The position numbers and the translations under genes were made by a program. Below are positions 14,260 through 30,200 of a stretch of 64,000 bases of DNA, one piece after another. How positions within the stretch are numbered: the first letter of the stretch is position 1; each line of letters starts with the position of its first letter. This DNA is from the human T2T-CHM13v2.0 reference genome, Homo sapiens. The stretch lies in assembly GCF_009914755.1 (NCBI RefSeq), contig NC_060937.1. One strand, written 5' to 3'. Under the pieces are notes generated by a model. It worked only from the letters and a program-made list of their open reading frames with translations. It searched no databases and had not been told where the DNA came from.

Positions 14260-15186
14260 GCAGGCAGATTGATGGAATCTGAAACTTATGCAAATTTGTC
14301 ACCCTCTTTAAGAGAGAATACAAACTTAGGGGCAAATGTGAGTATTTAGAATAAGAAAATCCCATGAAATTACAAAATTAAAAAAGTTGATAAACTGTGT
14401 ATGCATAGTCCAGTAAGGCATTTTTATTCATTAACTGCCTGACGCATCTGTGTCACTTTTTCCTACAGTTTTGTCTACACACTCTGCTTCTTCATAGGTT
14501 TCTGATGGATAATAGGTAATTTAGTCTTTCTCTTAGCATAGTTGAGCCAGATATTGACAGTTTACGCATTTCTTTCAGCTTTACCCTTCTATTTGGTTAT
14601 GCCATGTACATTTCTAAGATTCTCAACATTGGGAAAACCATCTTAGAAATTTTCTTTGCATATGAGCTGTAATATTTGGAAGAATTTTTATAGATTAGCT
14701 TCTGATTTTGTTCATTTCAAACCTTGTTTTTTCCTGCTGCTGAACACTCCTAAAGCTGGCTGCCATGTTCATAACTCATTTGACTTATGCCTTACATCTT
14801 CATATCACAATATTGTGGGGTGGGTCATCACAGAGGAAGACAGGCATTTCCTTGAAACCATTTCTGTTCCTAGACAGCTAGTAATACATGGAAGCGACTG
14901 CAAGCCACGTGACTGTATCTCACTCACACAAATGACATATCTTTAAATTAACTTCCCCTTCTCCAGGTCTTAAAAATGCCCACGGCCACCCCATTGCCTT
15001 CTGACAAGAAGAAAGATGTAACAGAGGGAAAGTAGAAATGAAAAGAGACAGGGATGTCAACTGATTGTGGTTAAGATATTTTTCTTTTGCAAACTTTACA
15101 AACTCTTATGACTTTGTCAATGCATTACTGTCCAAGTAAGGGGCCTACACCTTAAGCTTCATGAGCTCCATGGCAATCCACCTCTG
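14260..15186 (-). mobile_element. Arthur1-like hAT-Tip100 DNA transposon
   Basis: The terminus ggggcctacaccttaagcttcatgagctccatggcaatccacctctg is the reverse complement of the recalled Arthur1 start CAGAGGCGGATTTACCGTGAAGCTAATGAAGCTTAAG. Confidence 0.65.
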
Positions 15187-15384
15187 GGGGAACAGGAAGA
15201 TACTCCTGCCCTACTGTTAGGTCATTGAGGGAAAAGGAGGTCTGGAGCATAGGATTTGTTTGGGAGATTAACTTAATATAACCCAGTGTTCAAAACATAC
15301 TGAACAGACCATAGCTAACAGATTTCCTGTCTTTTACATTTGTGCTTCAACAACACGTATGTCATGAAACCACGGGATAAAAAG

Positions 15385-15462
15385 ACCGCAGTTTCGGGAA
15401 TGATGATTTCGCTGGAAGTGCGGTGGTGGATAAAGGGGAAGCAGGGTTACGTAATTTCACTG
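15385..15462 (+). CDS. Putative ORF coding exon 2 ([26 protein letters not shown])
   Basis: 78 nt, phase 0/0, open; consensus donor CTG|gtaagt; the acceptor is the first AG after a 61-nt AG-free zone that follows CTAAC and a pyrimidine tract; locally CpG-rich. Confidence 0.5.
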
Positions 15463-15539
15463 GTAAGTTACTAGTCATCGCAACATGGAAATATTTTTAA
15501 AAATATAATTCCCATTTGTAAAGTATGCAGATTGCATGT

Positions 15540-15857
<318 letters not shown>

Positions 15858-16099
15858 GCATATGACTTATTTTTAAGCTAAAACAAACTTCCAGGATAAT
15901 TTGTCCCTTGCAATGGCCTGCTTTAGGGACATCACCTCTTCTTCAGTTAGGGTTTCTTCAGTAGAAAATGTAGCGAAGTTGCATCCTATAATAGCCTATG
16001 ACCCCTTGTCTAGCAAGGTGACACTCCTGACAACACTGGAGCTGACTATTTTTCTTCCTAGTTACAGTTATTTGCATGATTTATTTGTGGGATGAGAAA

Positions 16100-16330
16100 C
16101 AATCTAGGAGAGAGGCTAAAAGTGCAGGTTCTAGAACCAAATTTCCTGTACCGGACTCCACTGCTCACTCTCTGGGCAAGTAATCTCTCTGTGTCTCAGT
16201 TTTCTTCACCTGTAAAATGGGGATCATAATAGTACTACACAGATCATGCAGTTGTTATGAGCATTCACTAAAGTAATTTTGGATGTAGGACAGTGACTTG
16301 GCACAAAGTCAGTATACAGTCTTTGGCAGC
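16100..16330 (+). mobile_element. MIR SINE
   Basis: ctgggcaagtaatctctctgtgtctcagttttcttcacctgtaaaatggggatcataatagtac. Confidence 0.85.
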
Positions 16331-16334
16331 TACT

Positions 16335-16665
16335 TTATTTTTTAAGTTTTTAATTGACAAGTAGTAATTATATTTATGGGATACCATGTGATGTTTTGAT
16401 GTATGTTTACCTCGTAGAATGATGAGATCAAGCTAATTAAAAAATCCATGGCCTCACATATTTACTTTTTTGTGTCTGTGGGGAAAACATTTAAAATCTA
16501 GTGTTTTGGCAGTTTTGAAATATACAATGCATTATTATTTACTATAGTCGCCATGCTGTGCAATAGATCACTAAAGCTTATTACTCCTGTCCAACTGAAA
16601 CTTTGTACTCTTTGATCAACATGTTTCCTTTCCCCATTATCCCTCCCCCAGCCTCCCTGGACCCA
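16335..16665 (-). mobile_element. L1MA 3'-end fragment
   Basis: tttttaattgacaag...atttatgggataccatgtgatgttttgatgtatg...ccatgctgtgcaatagatcactaaagcttattactcctg. Confidence 0.85.
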
Positions 16666-18509
16666 CCAGTCAGTTACTTTAATGATCTCGCTGTGTTTCT
16701 TCTCAGCCTTTCCCCTCTGCGATCCTCAGTCTGTGCTGGTAAGAGAATTAGCTGGAATTCGTGGTGCCACTTCTGGAACATGTAAAAAGGCCCAACTAAT
16801 CAGGATGGGATGTGTCACCAGACCTCATAAGGGCCATGGTCATAGTTTTAAAAATTGTCTTAAAGCAGAATTTTTTTCCCCAAATAAAAACATAAAAAGT
16901 GTGGATGCTTAGGTTGAACCAGAGAATCAGGGGCCCCCAGAAGCCCACCCTAGTATCACCAACCCTCTCTTGCAGAGTCCTGAGAACCCTCCGACACCTT
17001 ATTGTTTCATAGAACACAGTTCAAAAAACCCTAAAACTTGGCAAATTCTCTTTCCTAAATTTCAAAAGAAAAGGCAGGTATTCGTCTAAATATAGCCAGG
17101 CCATCCTGTCATGTTAATGAGGCTAGGTTTACTAAGGGCAATTTACCCACCTATAAATCTGTAGAGCTGTGTTTGAGGTTGTCTTTAATCTTGTCTACCA
17201 ACCAAACCTCTGACCAAAATTTCAAATTGATTGACTTGAGTTTCATCTCTAGTTTCTGCCTTGCTTATTTGTATGGTTTTGGGGAAGACAATAAAGGAAG
17301 GAAATTGAGGGTTGGTTGCTTTCATTTTAGATTCAACTAACATTTATTGAACATCTAGACGCCATGCCATGAACTCTCATTATTAACCTGTAAAGTGAGT
17401 ATTTATATTTTAAGATGACTAAAGTGAGGCTCACAGACATTAAAAGCCTTGTTCATAACAGAACTGAAATGAGTTACAGACATTTTTTTACCCAAAGTTG
17501 TAGATTTTTATATCCACTGTATATTGCAATGTGAAAATGGTAACATCTTGCATTTATATAAAGCTCTGTTATGTATAAAACAACCTTTCCTTTTGAAAAT
17601 CTTGCCATTTGGAACTCAGATATAGTTCTTTTTTTTCCTTTTTTTTTTTTAAAAAGCTAATTATTGGTTCTCAAACTAAAGATGACAAAATCTAGTCTGT
17701 GAAAATCAGTCAAAAACCAAAGACCACTTAAGAGACGTACCCGGGATTCAAACCAGTTCATCTGGCTGCAAACCATTCCCAGCCCACCACACCCCAGGGT
17801 GAGAACCTTTACCTCTTGTATCCAACCTCAGCCACTTTCCTGGTAAAGTGTGTGCTTGGTGACCCCTAAATCAGGATTTTAAAAATATGCATCAACTTGG
17901 CTTCTTTTGCTCCATGGGAGCCCAGCCCTCTCTGATCATAAGCACCGCAAGCTTCCCTTTATTTTTCAACAACCATTTCATTTATGCCTGGCTCCAGGTG
18001 GCAGGAGGGCTGGCTGTTTAAACTCTTTCATTACAAAAGGAAAAAGAGCCTTATTGCATAAGAGAGGTGATGGGAGGGAGATCAGTACTTTGTATCCATT
18101 AAACACCCAGCCTAAACTTACCTCGGATCTCTGAAGCCCTGCTGTGGTTAGAAAATAACATGAAGAGGAGTGCTAAGACCTGGATTCCAGTACCGCCTTT
18201 TAAAACACCGTTATCTTGGGGAAGTCACTTTACCTCTTCAGCCCTTGGGTTTCTGGTCAATAAAATGCGATGTTCGGACGCATGCCTGAAGTGGGCTTGT
18301 CTCACCACTAGGGGGAAGGCAAATACAACTCTTGGGTGCTTCTGTAGCTCACACGAGGGTAAATAACGAAAAGTTTTAATATAAACTTAAAAATTAAAAA
18401 ACAAAAATAAGTAAAATAAAACTTGGGGTTTCTGATAGGGCCTTTGAGTACTCTCAACTCTAGCCCTTCTTGTTGTTTAGGTTCAATTACATGCATTGCA
18501 TGCCACAAG

Positions 18510-18720
18510 AATGTCTAGCATTTTTTGAGTGTTTACTGTGTGGAAGACACTGTATGGAACATGTTACCTTTAATCCCCAGGAAAACTGTGCAAGGCGGGC
18601 ATTATCCACGTTTTACCCAGAAGGATCCTGAAGCTCACAGAGGTTATGTAGCCTGCCTAAGGTTACCCAGCTAGCAACTGGCAAAGCTAGGAGGTAATGC
18701 AGATCTGATTGCTTCTAAGC
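18510..18720 (-). mobile_element. MIR SINE
   Basis: ctgaagctcacagaggttatgtagcctgcctaaggttacccagctagcaactggc. Confidence 0.75.
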
Positions 18721-19639
18721 CAGACTCTGCTTTTATTTTTTGCTGATTCCCATAGTTCCCCTCTCTCACAGCCCACTGGATGTGTGCATATGGTCCACTC
18801 CATCACTACAGTCATGAAGGATAATGCCATGAAAACATTTTGCTCTGTGTTTGAGTGATTCTGATTTCATGAAATGATAGAAATTATAACTATGTTAAAT
18901 ATTGTCAGAACATTATTTCTGGAATAGTATTTGATTAACTTGTACTGTCTCCATTCATCCCACAGAGCTCTGGGGCCCACATTCCACACTCCTTTGTTCT
19001 TCCAGGAGGCTGTTCTCCACCAGTACCTCTCCTATTTTCTCTCTCTGCAGCTTACAGCTACCAATGACCGTAGGAATCAACACAAACTCTCCCATCCGGC
19101 CTCTACTGTTTGCCATTTGCCCCTCCCCATCTCACCTTAGCTAAGGTTTTGCATTGACCTGCTATTTCCAATCACGTCAGTCAATGTATGTTTCTTAACA
19201 GTAGCCACCATTTGAACTATTCTGTCATACTTGCCACGTTCAGTTGCTTAGCATTTTTAACATCAAATTCAAAATGTATCCTTCAAAATACTTTCATTGA
19301 ATATCACTACCAAACTCTGAACATGACTTTGCTTAACTTTTATTTTCTATTTTATTAATTTAATCACCTTGTATTTTGCCTCTCAGATCTCTTGTTTCAT
19401 GTGTTTACAGTATATTCCTAACTAGATGTGAATTTCTTGAAATCACTGGTATTTGATTTCTCCAAGTATTTAGTTGGGTATTAATAATAAAATACTGAGC
19501 TGGATTCCATTTCTAATCCTAATTAATGAGGCAGGAAGCCGATCAGGTGCATCATTTCACAGCTCAGTCAATCATCAAATATTAAGTGCCTCCTGGGGGA
19601 TATTGTGGGAACCTATAATGTTCCAAATTCTATGCTTTG

Positions 19640-19825
19640 TGCTTTAATACATGGTCTCATATAATTCTCCCAAAAACTCAGTGGAGAAAACACCATTATT
19701 ATCATTCCCAATTGACAAATGAGATAGCTAATGGCCAAGAGTCTTATTCAAAGTCACAGTGCTGATCAAGGTGGGATTTAAATCCAGGCAGTGTGACCCC
19801 AGCTAAAGCTCATGCCTTTAATCAC
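19640..19825 (-). mobile_element. MIR SINE
   Basis: ccattattatcattcccaattgacaaatgag...caaagtcacag...gggatttaaatccaggcagtgtgac. Confidence 0.7.
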
Positions 19826-20742
19826 TCCTGTATCCCACCTTATATCCAGACTTTGGCACTGCTTTGCCTTGAGGTTGCAGAACTGGGGGCTAGGAGAAAG
19901 TACAGGAATAATAATGGGGAAAGTCATGAGAGTGGAACTGGGTGGCTGGGTGGAAGTCTTCTTGTTCCACAGTGTGAATCTCCCTGTAACCACAAACATC
20001 TTGAAGAAGTAAATTCTACTAAATTTCATGAAATGCTTCAGAGTCAAGTCCTTACAGAAACTCTAGGAAAATGCAAAGTAGCTCAAGAAGGTGCAAAAGT
20101 CTTAGTGGAAATTCTGATTTTATCTAGATTTCTTAAAGAACTGCGTGCCTCAGCTACTGTGAGCAAAAGTTACTAGTTTGGTCACCAGTCTCTAAAACTA
20201 AACCAAACCAAAACAAACAACAAACAACAGAAAACATGTATCACTTTGAACTAAAATGACTCAGTGAGAGAACGTGTTGATGTCAAACAAAGGTAAGTTC
20301 CCAGCTGAGGATCACTAGGCTTCTGTGGTCTTCCCAAGTCCACTGCTACATGGTCACTGTGAGAACTGCTTGTGGCCTTGAGAGTGCACAAAGGCTGGTA
20401 CTCTTCTTTATCCTGTCCCTTGTTTCTTTGCATCTGTTATAGTTGCTGCAGAATAGCAAGCCTATCACTCACAATGGCCAGAAATCAGAACAAATGATCA
20501 TTACAAACAACCCATGTAGACAGTAAGTGCCAATTCATTATTAGATTTGATTAGTCCAAACATGTGCTGTGCTATTTCTCTGATTGCTAGCAAACAAAGA
20601 AGAGGTGGGCTGTGGGCTAGACTTTAGGTGGCATGGAAGACTAGGGTTGGCTGCTGACATTGGCAAATCTGGTAGGTTTTCAGAAAAATATCAGAGGGTG
20701 ATTAGAGCATATGGGACATTCCAAAAACAGAAGGTCAAGTAA

Positions 20743-20905
20743 GTGGTACCCAAACCTCTCTGATTATTGGAATTACCTCATGGGTTAAATAAATACAGAT
20801 CCTAGGCTCTGTCTATGACCTATTGAAACTTTAGTCATGGGAGATGAGAAGTTGCATTAAAAAGTAAAAATTCCCCATGTGATTTTGATAATCATTTTGA
20901 GGAAC
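20743..20905. mobile_element. MER5A-like hAT-Charlie MITE
   Basis: gtggtacccaaacc...ttggaattacc...aaatacagatcctaggctc...ttccccatgtgattttgat...tttgaggaac. Confidence 0.6.
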
Positions 20906-21064
20906 AATTTATTTGAGGACACATTTCATAATTGGTCTTTACTTATTATTTTTGAAACTTTCGCTGTTCATTTCTTGGTGGAGATCCAGGACTATTTTCT
21001 TGGTTACAAAGGTCAATTAGTTAAGCAAAGGAATAAGTGGACCAAGCACTCAGAAGGATTTATA

Positions 21065-21066
<2 letters not shown>

Positions 21067-21106
<40 letters not shown>
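21067..21106. repeat. (GT)20 microsatellite
   Basis: Perfect dinucleotide run. Confidence 0.98.
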
Positions 21107-21109
<3 letters not shown>

Positions 21110-24100
21110 GTATTTAAAATATGACTTAAGGTGTATAATTAAGCCCAGTGAAAATGTAGTATCTTAGGGTTTCGTTTTATGATACATTTCATGTGTGAAA
21201 TGATAATGATTATGATATAATAAAAATGATCATACTCAGAACCCATCTCAACAGTGTCAATTATGCATCATTGCCAAGTGCATGGCTATTGTAGGTCACT
21301 TCAGTTTCTTTCTTTCCTTCTAGGTTAAGATAATTGCAATTTATTGTCTTCTAAATGTAGTATCTTGTACTTTTCAAGTATTGAAAAAGACCAGTACAAT
21401 TCGCATAATGACGATTGCCATTTCCCCAGGTTTTCTATCGTAAGGCAGTGATTTTTGAGTCCATAGATGGGCCAGTAGGAAGTCTACACTGAAATCAGCA
21501 TTGTGCCTGTAAGTTTGCTTGGGGATCATCTCAATAAACTCTGGGACATACACTTCTTTCTTCAGAAAAATCAGTCATATTTTTCTGGCATGGAGCCAGT
21601 TGTAAGACAAAGGACTATGTCACTAGTTATAGCACTATTTCTGAACTAAGTAATATAGAATGTTCTTAATTGCCAGAAAGAGATAAAAAATAGGTATAAT
21701 GACTAGATATCCACGTGTGCATCAGAGGCTCTGATACAGAGGAACCAGTGTTGGAGATTCTGTGATTGCTTTAAAAATAAACTCAAAATAAATTGAAAAA
21801 ACATAAAAGCTGCAATTCCCAATTAGGTGTCTTTAAAGTAAGTATTGGAATGGAAAGGAGATTTTAATTAAAAAAATAAAAACTCCTATTAAAAAGTATA
21901 TGTTTACTATGAAAAGCCTAAGTAAGAAATTTTTTAACAGGCATTTTTTGGGAAACAAAACTTTAAAAAAATAGACACAAAAAGGTATAAATGGAAATAA
22001 TAAAATTTTGAAAGAATAAAAGTGTTGAAAACTGTGCTTCAAGATGTTCATTACACAAAAAGAAACTGGATTCCTTGTATCCAATTTTATTTTGTAACAT
22101 AAACTTTATCATATCATTTAGAATAGTGGGTCTCAACTTTCTGAAGGCACAAAACTTCATTTATTTTCCAGTAACCCCTACATAATAGTATGTGTACTTG
22201 GTTATCATGTAATGATTGTGGCAATGCATAATTAGAAAATCATAATGATTTAATAGCACTTCAAATAATTGCTATTTCATAAATCAGAGCAGTGCATATG
22301 AATCGTATAAATTTTAAAACAGTAGCAGCTATATGTGCAAGATATTTATGCAATCTACAGACATTGTTTGAGTATATATGCTCTGAAAATATGGATTCTT
22401 CTCTCCCTTCTTGTATTAATTCTCCAAATCTCCAGGGGACTCATGGCCCACATATTTGGGATAATTATAGAGTAAAAGCAAGAATAATGAATGATTTGTT
22501 AACCTCTCCCAGAGATATGTCGTCAAAGGCCTTTAGGCTGAAATGTATTCTCTCCCACTGAGGTCTGCACTGAGCACCACTTACATCTGATGGAGCCCAT
22601 CTTGCTGACCTGGATCCCTGGCCACATGTGTCTGAACAGTATGATATGGAAGAGAGCCAGAGAAGGGGAGCCAGTTGCTAGTGCTGAATGAGGATTTGGG
22701 GCTGATCATTTTGTCTCCCTTTTTATTTGCGAAATTAAGACTCCAATGCTTTTGTTATTATCCTATTGTAGGATACTGAGAGGAATAAAGTTGATAGGAA
22801 GGAGCAATCAGAAAGCTTTGGCTGAAAAGAATGATTTAAACCACTGGAGAAAACTTGTCCTATTATGAAGAAAGAAGAGGAACCGATATAAACTTGTGGG
22901 TTTTTCTGTTTATGTAAATCAATGACAAGGGGTCTGGAGTGTGCAATTTTCTTGCACATATGTTATTCTTTCACAAGCAGATGTAAATAAAGGCACCCAG
23001 CCTGCAGGAGAAAGTTTTGAATAGCGGGTCTGAAATACCTCTGCTTGTTGTTTACCCTCTCCTGTGGTTAGCCTGACCTGTAAATCATGCTTTAGACTCC
23101 GGCTGAACCTCCCCCAGTGCCATGTAATACCCAGTACTCAGTGGTGTGTAAAAATTCTTTGGAAGTTGCTTAGATGAATATATAATAACTTTTCATAATT
23201 CAAAATACCATTTATTTAACTCACAAGAGAGGAACTCTAATCATGGCAATATGAAGTACTATAATGAACCACAGGGTAGCAGATGGGCCCTGGGGTAAAC
23301 AGTTTCTGTACTATTGATTTACTTATTTGATTTCCTTGTGAAACGTTCATGACCTGAACCATTGCTGTAGAATACAAATGCAGGTTTTCAATCCAAGTCA
23401 GGCATTAAGATTATTTCTTTAAAAAGAATCTGAGTGTTCTCTGGTAAGCCAAAGGAAGACTAGTTAGTGTCTTGGGCCCTGGAAATCAGTGTTTTGCAGT
23501 TTGATCAGGTTTGCAAGAATGATTTCTCTATAGAGAGTGCCACAACTTCTATCAAGACACCATCCATATTATTTCATTTCTAGAAACTTCCATTTAGAGC
23601 TCACTATCTTCATGACATTCTGTTGTATATATGTTTGTGATCTGAAGATATTAAGATATGATTCTTATCCTCAAAACAATACACAATATTTACAATAGCC
23701 ATATGATTACAGAAGACTATCAAACATATAAGATGCAAGCTTAAATGCCTAGGGGTCCAGGCAGAGAGTGTCAATGTGTGGAGCTGCCGCTATATGACAA
23801 TAGGGAGTGGTGGGGACTGTGCCCGACTGGGACATTCATTAACCTCTTAAGTTCAAATTCATATTTAAAAACACTGCTCTGCTGGTCAAGGAAAAACATA
23901 CATGGGGGCTACATTAACTCTGTTGGACTCTTTTTGGGTGCACATACTCTTGTTCGAGTGTCTAGCAGCTATGTAAAGTTGACTTAATTGACACAATTTT
24001 GCAAATAAGGTAGAGGCTCTACAAGGTCAAGGTCTTGGCCAAGGTGACTTAGTTAAGTAGGAGGGCAAAGATAAGAAGTTGAAATTCTATGGACCCAAGC

Positions 24101-24775
24101 CTGGATATTTTTTTTAAAAAACTAGCAGAGGCAGGAAGAAGCCAGAAATGGTAACTAATTATTTTGCATTTACTCACTCTTCTGATATCTGACTCATTAT
24201 TCAAGGGCTCCTCCAGTGAATTTACCTTGCCAGTTTCCCCATATTTTCATATAACATTAAAGAACACAGTAAATGCGGGTGATCCCTTCATAATCAACAT
24301 GCTTCTAATATGTCAGGGGTCTCTAGGTTACAACCAATATATTCACTGATTTGTTTTCCAAAGACAGGATGAGGTTGCTGAGTAAAACAGCTTCATGAAA
24401 AAAAGGGAGCAGCTACCCTCTGAGCAGGCTGGTCTATCCAGAGTGGACTCAACACAGAGCTATAGATTTCTAGGGATTTCTGAGCAGGATGTCCAGAATG
24501 AGTGTGGGACTTGAGGTCTTATCTTTAGGCCAAACAAAAATATGGACTTTGGAATTAAGAAAAGCTAGATACAAAACCTCTGGTCCTGGGTGACTTTGAG
24601 GAATCTGATTAAACCTTTGATGTCAATTTTGTTGTTTGAAAATGGAGAAAAATATATCATAGGGGTTAAATAAGTGAATATAGTTAAGCCAGGTGTTGAG
24701 TGCAGTTATTACTATTAGTGAATCATAGGTATTCAATAATGCTGGTTCTCATCTCTTCATCTTTCTTTCCCCTAG

Positions 24776-24828
24776 CTTTGTATCTGGTGGAGGAGGCTTG
24801 GGCCGAAGCTGGTAAAATGAGAAGTTAG
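24776..24828 (+). CDS. Putative ORF last coding exon (ALYLVEEAWAEAGKMRS*)
   Basis: Strong acceptor ttctcatctcttcatctttctttcccctag|; phase 1 matches exon 3; stop TAG at 24826-24828. Confidence 0.45.
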
Positions 24829-25699
24829 GGGAGGATGTCCTCAGAGAGCTGGAAGATCACAGTCCTCATTGTCACAACCGATACAGTGTTGATAGGGACA
24901 ACATATGCCTTGGAATGTTTCAAATACTTTGCCACAATTAAGGGACACTGAACAGGAACTCAGTTTTGGAAAACAAAGTGGAATTTCTGGAAACTGCTAG
25001 CATAAAAGCTTTGACAGGGTCACATGCAGATTAGCATAATTTTATTACATTTTCTATTTTAGTCCTGTGAGATACTAATTTGGATTTCATTGTGCCCATT
25101 GAGCGGCTTTTGTTCTTTGGCTGTGAGTTTAATTATTTAGTTATTTATGAGTGCATCTGGGCATAAGTGCCACAGTTTTATTTCGGTGACAAATTTATGG
25201 TCAGTGAATTTTAGTAATTAATGAATAAATTATTTCTCCTCCATAAATGCCCCTGCAATTTCTGATTTTCATAACAATTCATAATACTTAAGAAAAATTC
25301 TTTATTAGTTGAAAAAGCCAATGCTAATGGAATCAGGAAAAGGAGATTTCAAATTGCTTTAATTAACTGTATTAATTAATATCCAATATGTGTAAGATAT
25401 TGAATTGGCTTTGGTTGTCTCTCTTAGCATTTAGTTGCCTAAAATCTGTTTAACATATGAATATACTGTGTTAAAATAAATTCTAATTCTTTTGTGAAGT
25501 AAATGGCAAGAATAAAAGGATCTCCTTTATAATCTTTAATTCATGGTGTACCCTCAAGTCCTTGAAATTTACCAAAGATAAAAAATTTGCATATATAAAC
25601 AAATGCGTATATTAGCATTCTAAAAAAGAAAACCATAAGCCACTTTGTAATGTGATTTGAAGGAATTAGGGAAGTTTACAACAGTTTGTATGTTTCAAC

Positions 25700-25997
25700 T
25701 TTTTTTTTTTTTTTTTGCGATGGAGTCTTACACCGTCGCCCAAGCTGGAGTGCAGTGGTGCTATCTCGGCTCACTGCAAGCTCCGCCTCCCGGGTTCACG
25801 CCATTCTTCTGCCTCAGCCTCCTGAATAGCTGGGACCACAGGCGCCCGCCACCACGCCCGGCTAATTTTTTGTATTTTTAGTAGAGACGGGGTTTCACCA
25901 TGTTAGCCAGGATGGTCTCGATCTCCTGACCTCGTGATCCGCCCACCTCGGCCTCGCAAAGTGCTGGGATTACAGACGTGAGCCACCATGCCCGGCC
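25700..25997 (-). mobile_element. AluY
   Basis: AluY diagnostics, CpG-rich, full length. Confidence 0.97.
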
Positions 25998-26415
25998 TCA
26001 AATCTTTTTTGAAGCAAAATCAACACAAAAAATTTCATTAAACCCTATTCTCCACAAATCACTGCACTAAGTGGAGTGGGGCAAGAAATGATGAATAAGA
26101 ATAATCCCCACCCTTCCGGAGCTCACGGCTGAGTGAGGAGGATGGAAGACACAGTTATTCGAATGATTAAGGGAGTTTGCAAGAATGTATGAGTATGAGC
26201 GTGTATAGAACTAGTCCTCACCAATGCTCTAAAACAGAGCCATGCTCCTTCGCTTTGTAGGGCCTGGTTTAAGTTTTACTCTAGAAATATCAAGCAACAG
26301 ATTGTTTCCTTGCGGACAGGGATTCTTGTAGGTTTTTTCTTGATTTTTCTCTTTTCCCTCACAACAATATTCATTCCATCAATAATTCCTGTCACCTCTA
26401 CTTTCAAAGTATATA

Positions 26416-27946
<1,531 letters not shown>

Positions 27947-30029
27947 TATGGAGTCTGCACACTTCTACCACTGCCCTACAGCCTAAGCCTCTGCCAAGAC
28001 TTTGTTTCTTTTTGATGCTCCCCAGTCAATTCTCCACCCAGTAGCCTCAACGTTTCCCTCTCTGATCCAGTCATGTAGGATTTTTTGTTTCTCCAACATG
28101 CCCACTCTTATTCCCAACCCAGGGCCTTTGTTCTTCCTCTTCTCTCTGCCAGAATCATTTTCCTCCAGATACTCTCATGCTTCATTTTCTACCTCATTTG
28201 GGTCTCTCTCTACTCAGATGTTACCTTCTTAGCTTTACCTGACTCTTTAAAACAACTTCCCTATCACCTCCACCGGACCGTTTTTTCATGGTCAGGGTTT
28301 AAGCAGAAAAACTTGATCTGTCGTCTGTCTGTATGTCTTTTGGTAAGTCTGTTGATTTGTACTGTTTTTCCCTCTCTCTCTCTAGCTGTTGCTGGAGCTT
28401 AATGTCCACAGGGCAGCAGTCAGGAGAGAAAAATGAATGTAATAATGGGTATATGGTAGAGTGATCAGGGGCTAACTGGAACCCACAAGCATGAGCTGAA
28501 ACTCATGAGGATGGACTGAAACATGTGTTGTTGTTGCCTTTGGCTTTGCAAAGAGGATATTTATTTGTTTCATGAAAACAGATATTTTTACTAGTGTGCA
28601 ACAGAATAGTACTTGGCACTTAGTTGCTATTCAAGAAATATTTATTGAATGAATATGATATCTAAAGATGTCTGGTCTGAGGACAAGAGCCATGATCAAA
28701 TCAAGAGGTTGGGAGAGCAGGCTAAGTCAACTGGCAATGCTGGTTTATGGAATGAGCTGGACCCCATTTAGAGACTGAGCAGGAAGCAACTTCCTCTTTC
28801 TCCTGCTGCCCCTTCAAACATACTGTCAGGGGCCAGATCTTCCCATCACTAGACAAAACTTTAGGCAAGTCTCATAGCATTTCTAATATTCTTCAGCCAT
28901 AAGAGCAGTCTCATTCAAGAGAGACTACATTAAGTCTTTAAACTTTTAACCAGGATAAAGCTTCCATTCACCCCAGGTTGGTCCTGCTTTGAGCATGGAA
29001 GTCTGTGGTGAGGGAGGAGGGCATTGCCAGCTTCTCTTCTCAGCCTTTCCTCTCTCACTCACCTTTTACTGGAGGCTGGCTTTGTCCCTCCAGTGCTGGG
29101 TCATGCAGGACAAGGGATTAGGGAAGAAGGCTGTAGACTTCTGAGCGGGTGTGAGTGTAAACTGAAGTTCTTGCCCTCTGGATGCAAGACTGTGATGTAT
29201 TTTCTGGTTCTTTCTTTCATTAGAGCTTTTGAGTGTTTTCTGACTGTCTTTCCTGCATAGAACTGCCAAGCAAAATTATGATAATAATGCCTTCTCTTGC
29301 TGGTGGCTTTGGGGAATATACACTCTGCCTGCTGTTACATGTTCTTTGCTCACCTTTGCAGTTCCATCAGTTCCTTAGCCTTCAGACTGTGGAAGTGAGT
29401 CGGATCCAAACCTCTACAGCCCTCACACCCCAGAGGACATGCCAGGCCCTCCAGGTGGAGTGCTTCTATGACTGAAAGTTGAGGGGAAGCAACCCCCTCT
29501 TTAACTTTGCAGGGAGAGTTGTGCACACAGCCCTCACACGTCTCTCTCCAGAAAAGCCCTCTTTTCTGGCCTCTTCTCCCCTCCATTAATGAATTGTTTG
29601 TTTGTTTGTTTGCATATGGCCTGGTGGTGACTGGTGGATTAATGCTGGTCTGATTGGTTTGAAAATCCCTTCACCCGTCCTTTGGCCTTCCTGTGCGATC
29701 TTACCACTCTGCCTCAGGACGTGCAGGTACTTGCCACTTACTTTATTTTTCATGGAAGCTCTGCAAAGATGCAGAGTCAGAAGCATCCCATTTTACTAGC
29801 CTATTATAAAGAGGGGGAGATTAACTTTGGTTTCAGATATTGCAGCAGAACCTTCCTAGGTCATTACCTGATTTCCAAACACCTTCTCCATCAGCTTGTT
29901 GCTGTTGCGTAAAATGCTAACCTTATGGAATCTTTCCTTGGTATTAAGAATTTGTCGCTAATTTAACAATGCCAAATGACCTCTTCATTCAATTGATGAA
30001 TGGGACTGCTTTCGTGTTAAGCTTTTAAC

Positions 30030-30200
30030 AAAGCTTTTATTCTGCCCTCACAACTCTGAAAGTAATGTTATTATTTGCATTTTACAGATATGGAAATTGA
30101 GGCTTAGGGAGGTTGATACCACAGTGGGGTTGCATACCAGATAACAGGGCCCTATAGAATTTGAACCCTGGTCTCTCTGATTCCAGAGTTTGTTCTATTA
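30030..30200 (-). mobile_element. MIR SINE
   Basis: cattttacagatatggaaattgaggcttagggaggttg...gaatttgaaccctggtctctctgattccagag. Confidence 0.8.
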
